Below are positions 59,879-64,000 of a stretch of DNA of 64,000 bases, one piece after another. Location: NCBI GenBank assembly GCA_964291295.2, contig OZ219754.1, forward strand, positions 2,112,001-2,176,000, in the 5' to 3' direction. This stretch comes from an uncultured Candidatus Binatia bacterium. Its GTDB lineage: Bacteria > Desulfobacterota > Binatia > UBA9968 > JAJDTQ01. The number at the start of each line of letters is the position of its first letter. Position 1 is the first letter of the stretch. The notes below the pieces were generated by a model that was given only the letters and a program-made list of their open reading frames with translations, was not told the origin of the DNA and searched no databases. A program made the position numbers and the translations under genes.

Positions 59879-60532
59879 CTAGTGCGACACCTGGGCAATG
59901 GCCATGGTGATGGACTCTTCGATTTCGGCGATGACGCTGCCGACCTCGCGGCCGATGAGATCCATCATGCGGAGCTGCTCGATGCGGGGGCGGACCCGCT
60001 CCATCTCCCGTTCCGAGAAGATGTCGTTGAGAATGTCGCAGGCGTCCACCAGGCATATCAGGGCGACGTCCCGGGGGTCGGGCATGTCCTCGGACAGCAG
60101 CACGTCCTCCATGCGCAGCTTGACCCCGCGTTCCACGCGCCCGTCGATGGTGGGATAGCGCCGGGAATGGAACACCCACAGGAACTTCTTGTCCCGGGCT
60201 TCGAGGATGCCTGCATCAATGAGGCTTTCCATGGCCCGTTGACGGATGTCGGCGGCCTGTTCCCGTGCCAGCAGTTCCACCCACGCCTTGGTGCCCATCT
60301 CCTCCCCCGAGCGGGCGATTCGGTCCAGGGCTCCGTCCAGCAACGGATTGCCCGTGGGGGTCGCGTCGATCACTTGAAGTTTGTCGGGATCCGTGTCGAT
60401 GCGTTGAGCGAAGGCCAGATCCATCAGCACGGCGCCTGCCAGGATGTGCTCCACCGCCCCGCCCCGGATGGGCAGGAACAGTCCGTCGTCATCCAGCATC
60501 AACAGAAGGATTTCCTGGGTGAATGTCAGCAT
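59879..60532 (-). CDS. GOLPH3/GPP34 family protein
   Basis: EILLLMLDD, AGAVLMDL, TGNPLLD, RRYP. Confidence 0.85.
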   Translation of the reverse strand: MLTFTQEILLLMLDDDGLFLPIRGGAVEHILAGAVLMDLAFAQRIDTDPDKLQVIDATPTGNPLLDGALDRIARSGEEMGTKAWVELLAREQAADIRQRAMESLIDAGILEARDKKFLWVFHSRRYPTIDGRVERGVKLRMEDVLLSEDMPDPRDVALICLVDACDILNDIFSEREMERVRPRIEQLRMMDLIGREVGSVIAEIEESITMAIAQVSH

Positions 60533-60545
60533 GGCGTCCCCGGAC

Positions 60546-60878
60546 CTATTCTGCCGCCAGGGCGGCGTCACGGGTTTCGTGGTATTCGAGCATGTTGAGG
60601 AAGCCGCTGACCTCCATGACCGATTTGCACGATGGCTGCAACGAGCATACCGTCAGCTTGCCGCCTTCCTTCTGGCACTTCTTCGCGCTGGTGAGAATCA
60701 CGCGCAGCCCGGCGCTGCTGATGTACTCCATGTTCTCGCAATCCAGCAGTACGTTATGGTCGCCGCGCTCAATGATTCCGGAGATCCGACTCTCGAGCTC
60801 CGGGCTGGTGAAACCGTCGACGCGTCCGCTCGGTGCCACGACCACCAGCGACCCTCTGCTTTCCTCCTGAATCTCCAT
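60546..60878 (-). CDS. STAS-domain anti-sigma factor antagonist
   Basis: GRVD, YISSAGLRV phosphorylatable motif. Confidence 0.93.
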   Translation of the reverse strand: MEIQEESRGSLVVVAPSGRVDGFTSPELESRISGIIERGDHNVLLDCENMEYISSAGLRVILTSAKKCQKEGGKLTVCSLQPSCKSVMEVSGFLNMLEYHETRDAALAAE

Positions 60879-61135
60879 CCGTCACCCTTTTCTTCCGATT
60901 TCGAAGAACGTCTGTACAACCAAATGAAAACGGCAAAAACGCCACAGAAACGCCACGAATAAAACGTTCCGACGGTTGCCGCCCCGCCTTGGGTGGGCGG
61001 TCGACCGACGGGCGAAAATCAGCGGGATCAACCCTACCACACCAACGGGGCGCGGGCAACACGATCAGTTGCCGTAACCCGGCGGTCCGCTGACGCATTC
61101 GCCGGTGGCGGCGGTTCCGTGCCACCGGCGCACGG

Positions 61136-62707
61136 TCACGACTTTCCGGGCTCGAAGCCGCCCTGCTCGTGGTACACGACCTTTTTTTCTTCCTCGAAGG
61201 CCCGAACCGAGGGGATCGTCCCTCGCAGCCCGAGCTCCTTCCAGCGTTGCGCGACCTGCTCGTACATTTCCCGCCTCAGCGTCGTCCGCTTCGAGAAGAC
61301 CGGCAGGTAGCGGTGTTCCTTGCACGCGTTGATCAGCGCCTTGGAGCCGTAGGGACGCTCTTCCGGCGGGTTCTGGGTGGGGTCCAGCCAGGTGCTCCAG
61401 GTGTTGCGCAGGACATCGATGTCCTCAATGGGATTGCAACGGCTGCTCATGGCCCAGATCACCTGGTCCATGTCCGTGGGGTCGATGTCCTCGTCCACGG
61501 CGATGATCCATTTGGTATAGTACGCGCCGCCGGGCACCTGGGCCGCCAGCGCCAGGCACTGGGCCGCATGGCCGGCGTAGCGCTGCTCGAGACTGAGGAC
61601 CGTCATGCCGAAGCCGCCGGCGCCGGCGGGATGGGCGTAGACACCCTGAACCCCGGGCACGCCCAGCTTGTCCAGGTCGTCCCAGATGCGGGCCGACCGG
61701 ATGATGGCGAAGAAGCCGCTCTGTTCGTTGGATGGATAGTCCGCCATGATGGCGTTGGTGAGTACGGGCCGGGTGCGGTGGTGCACGCGCGTGATGTCCA
61801 CCAGCGGACAGCCGGCTTCCGGCCTGCCGTAGTATCCGGGAAACTCTCCGAAAGGCCCTTCGGTCCTCACCGAGTCGGGATGGATGACGCCCTCCACCAC
61901 CAGTTCGGCGTTGGCCGGCAGCAGCAGGTCGCTGGTCTGTGCCCGCACCACCGGTATCGGCTCGCCCTTGATGCCGCCGGCGAATTCGTACTCGGACACA
62001 TTCTTGGGGAAGGTCTGGGAGCCCACCAGCATGAACAGCGGATCGATGCCCCAGGCCGCCGCCACGGGCACGGACTCGCCCTTTTCCCAGCAGCGGGTGA
62101 TGTGAAGCCGTGCGTCCTTCCCCGGTGACAGGTAGAGCCCCACCTGGTTCCGGCTCTGGAACATCATCCGGTAGGTGCCGATGTTCAGGTATCCGGAGTC
62201 CGGATCGCGGGTGAAGACCGCATCGGCCGTGCCGGCATAGCGGCCCCCGTCGAGCGGCCAGTGCCGCGGGATCGGCAGTTGCTCCAGGTCGATGTCGGCC
62301 CCTGCCAGGGTGTTCTCGAACAACGGCGCCTCGGCGGGCGACACCTCGCGCGGCGGAATCCGCTGCTTCATCTTGTCCTTGAGCCGCCGGATCAGCTCCA
62401 GCGTCGGCGTCTCGGGCGGCTCCTCGATGGTCAGCGCGATGCGTTTCGGGCTGGGGCCCAGGATGTTCCACAGCATCCGCGCTGCGATGGGGCTGTCGTC
62501 ATACCCCCTGGGGTTCTCGAACAGGATGGCCGGGGACGGGTTCTGCTTGGCCACCAGGTAGGTGATGGCGCTCATCTCCTCGTCCCGGTCCACCGGTTTG
62601 TCGATCTGGATCAGTTCGTTGATTCCTTCCGCGCGGTCCAGCCACTCGCGGATGTCCTGAATCGGATGCGCGCCGGACGCCGACGCCGGCCTGTTCGCCT
62701 CGGCCAT
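61136..62707 (-). CDS. UbiD family prFMN-dependent decarboxylase
   Basis: DGGRY, NIGTYR, EGPFGEFPGYY, VDEDID, SKALINAC. Confidence 0.93.
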   Translation of the reverse strand: MAEANRPASASGAHPIQDIREWLDRAEGINELIQIDKPVDRDEEMSAITYLVAKQNPSPAILFENPRGYDDSPIAARMLWNILGPSPKRIALTIEEPPETPTLELIRRLKDKMKQRIPPREVSPAEAPLFENTLAGADIDLEQLPIPRHWPLDGGRYAGTADAVFTRDPDSGYLNIGTYRMMFQSRNQVGLYLSPGKDARLHITRCWEKGESVPVAAAWGIDPLFMLVGSQTFPKNVSEYEFAGGIKGEPIPVVRAQTSDLLLPANAELVVEGVIHPDSVRTEGPFGEFPGYYGRPEAGCPLVDITRVHHRTRPVLTNAIMADYPSNEQSGFFAIIRSARIWDDLDKLGVPGVQGVYAHPAGAGGFGMTVLSLEQRYAGHAAQCLALAAQVPGGAYYTKWIIAVDEDIDPTDMDQVIWAMSSRCNPIEDIDVLRNTWSTWLDPTQNPPEERPYGSKALINACKEHRYLPVFSKRTTLRREMYEQVAQRWKELGLRGTIPSVRAFEEEKKVVYHEQGGFEPGKS

Positions 62708-62781
62708 GTTTCACCTTCCTCGTCGTTTCGATGGTTCCGTTCCCGGTCGGCCGCATCCCGCTTCCGGGGGTGAGTCCGACA

Positions 62782-63546
62782 TCAGTCTTTCAGTTCGTCC
62801 GGCATGAGGCCGGCGAAATATGCGAATGCATGATGGGCGCGGCCGCGGTTGGTCGCCGCCATGATGGCGGTGTTGCGGTCCGGCATGGAGGCGGCCTGGC
62901 CCACGCTGCTGGCCACCCACTGCATGTAGGCGGTGCGTTCCAGGTAGATGGCGTGGAAGGCGGCCTGCTCCACGGTGTCGCCCACGGTCGTGATGCCGTG
63001 TCCCTGCATCAGCAGTGCCATGCGGTCGCCAAGCGTCGCCGCCACCTCGGTCCCGTCCCGCACGGTATAGATCAGGCGGGGGCTGTGGAAGATGGGCGTC
63101 TCCGGGGCGAAGGCGGCAGCCTGATTGTAGATGGGCCGGATGGGCACACCCGCGATGGCGAAGGCCGTGGCCAGCGGCTGGTGCGTGTGGACCACCGAGC
63201 CGACGTCCGGCCGCGCTTCGTAGATGGCCGCGTGGATCATGGTCTCGCGGGGCGGGGTCCTGAGCTTGATCGCGGCCTTCTGGTCGCCGGCCTTGGCCCA
63301 GTTGGCCTCGCAGTTCTTCTTGTAGTCGTCGATGTCCACCTCCATGATGTCCTTGCCGCGGATCGATCCCAGCGGTGCCAGCACAGGCTTGATCAGCAGC
63401 CGGTTGGTGCCGGGAATCCGCGCGCTGACGTGGCCGTGGTAGTCGGCAAGACCCTGGTCGAAAAGCATGCGCGTCGCCAGCGCCACGGTCTTCCTGAGCC
63501 GCCCGAGTGCGCGCGTGCCGCGTCTCTTCTGTTGTGACTTGGCCAT
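62782..63546 (-). CDS. Class II aldolase/adducin family protein
   Basis: GHVSAR, E..IHAAIY.ARPDV.SVVHTH, LMQGHG. Confidence 0.92.
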   Translation of the reverse strand: MAKSQQKRRGTRALGRLRKTVALATRMLFDQGLADYHGHVSARIPGTNRLLIKPVLAPLGSIRGKDIMEVDIDDYKKNCEANWAKAGDQKAAIKLRTPPRETMIHAAIYEARPDVGSVVHTHQPLATAFAIAGVPIRPIYNQAAAFAPETPIFHSPRLIYTVRDGTEVAATLGDRMALLMQGHGITTVGDTVEQAAFHAIYLERTAYMQWVASSVGQAASMPDRNTAIMAATNRGRAHHAFAYFAGLMPDELKD

Positions 63547-63865
63547 GGAGGTACCTCCTCGATAATGCCGAACCGGGCCCCGCGTCCGGACTGGCTGCTC
63601 ACAGGGACGAACGGCAAGGCGGAACGCTGCTTCGGCGGGAGTGATACCGGGCGGAGTACCCTCGGAAAACGGCTTTTCATATCACACGGGGTCTTGTGAA
63701 TCCAGCCGGCTTCCGTGGACTCCCGGCGCGCCTTTGTGCTAGAAATGCTCCGGCAGGGATTCAGGAAGGGAACGATCCTCTCGACGCCCGCCTCATCGGC
63801 CCGGATCAATACTCCTGCAGGGTTTCAGCGCTCCGAAAGTCGCTTGCCGGCAGGCAGGGGACGAA

Positions 63866-63901
63866 TCTGGACCAGGCTCTGGACCAGATTCCGGACCAGG
63901 T
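63866..63901. repeat. Imperfect tandem 3 x 12 bp (TCYGGACCAGRY) upstream of ileS
   Basis: TCTGGACCAGGC TCTGGACCAGAT TCCGGACCAGGT. Confidence 0.75.
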
Positions 63902-63912
63902 TGACGAAGTTC

Positions 63913-64000
63913 ATGGACTACAAAGAGACGCTCAATCTTCCCAGGACCACGTTCCCGATGCGCGGCAACCTGCCGCAGAAGGAGCCGGCGCGGGTCGAGA
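63913..64000 (+). CDS. ileS: Isoleucyl-tRNA synthetase (5' end, partial)
   Basis: MDYKETLNLPRTTFPMRGNLPQKEP, the canonical IleRS1 N-terminus. Confidence 0.93.
   Translation, partial: MDYKETLNLPRTTFPMRGNLPQKEPARVE

Noticed and set aside
63550-63912. T-box or other leader RNA upstream of ileS
   Set aside because: No T-box consensus or terminator seen.

Overview
High-GC bacterial chromosome segment, mostly accessory catabolic and redox genes. From left to right: a DUF692/MNIO plus DUF2063-like pair; a partial sulfur-oxidation cluster (soxY, soxZ, diheme cytochrome c, SoxF/FccB, YeeE); a TRAP transporter; LLM oxidoreductases, amidohydrolases, a molybdo-hydroxylase subunit and a GrdB/PrdB-like selenoprotein split by an in-frame UGA; a frameshifted RTX gene; a MoxR/DUF58/BatA operon interrupted by a five-gene insert that includes an ABC-ATPase/TOPRIM fusion; an IS-flanked TbpB-like lipoprotein with a Slam pseudogene; eutA-like, ppk2, GPP34, STAS, ubiD-like and aldolase genes; and the start of ileS. 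The most striking candidate new system is at 55250-58691. It encodes a 133-aa peptide (putative leader, 14 Cys in 30 residues, acidic linker, Cys-bracketed glycine-zipper tail) co-oriented with a 4-TM membrane protein, a HlyD adaptor and a TauD-type Fe/2OG dioxygenase, which looks like a RiPP/bacteriocin or metal-binding export locus. Also notable are two poly-G promoter spacers of shared architecture in front of surface/secreted protein genes, and three genes that appear to start at non-canonical codons. All family calls come from motif recognition by eye; no database searches were run.
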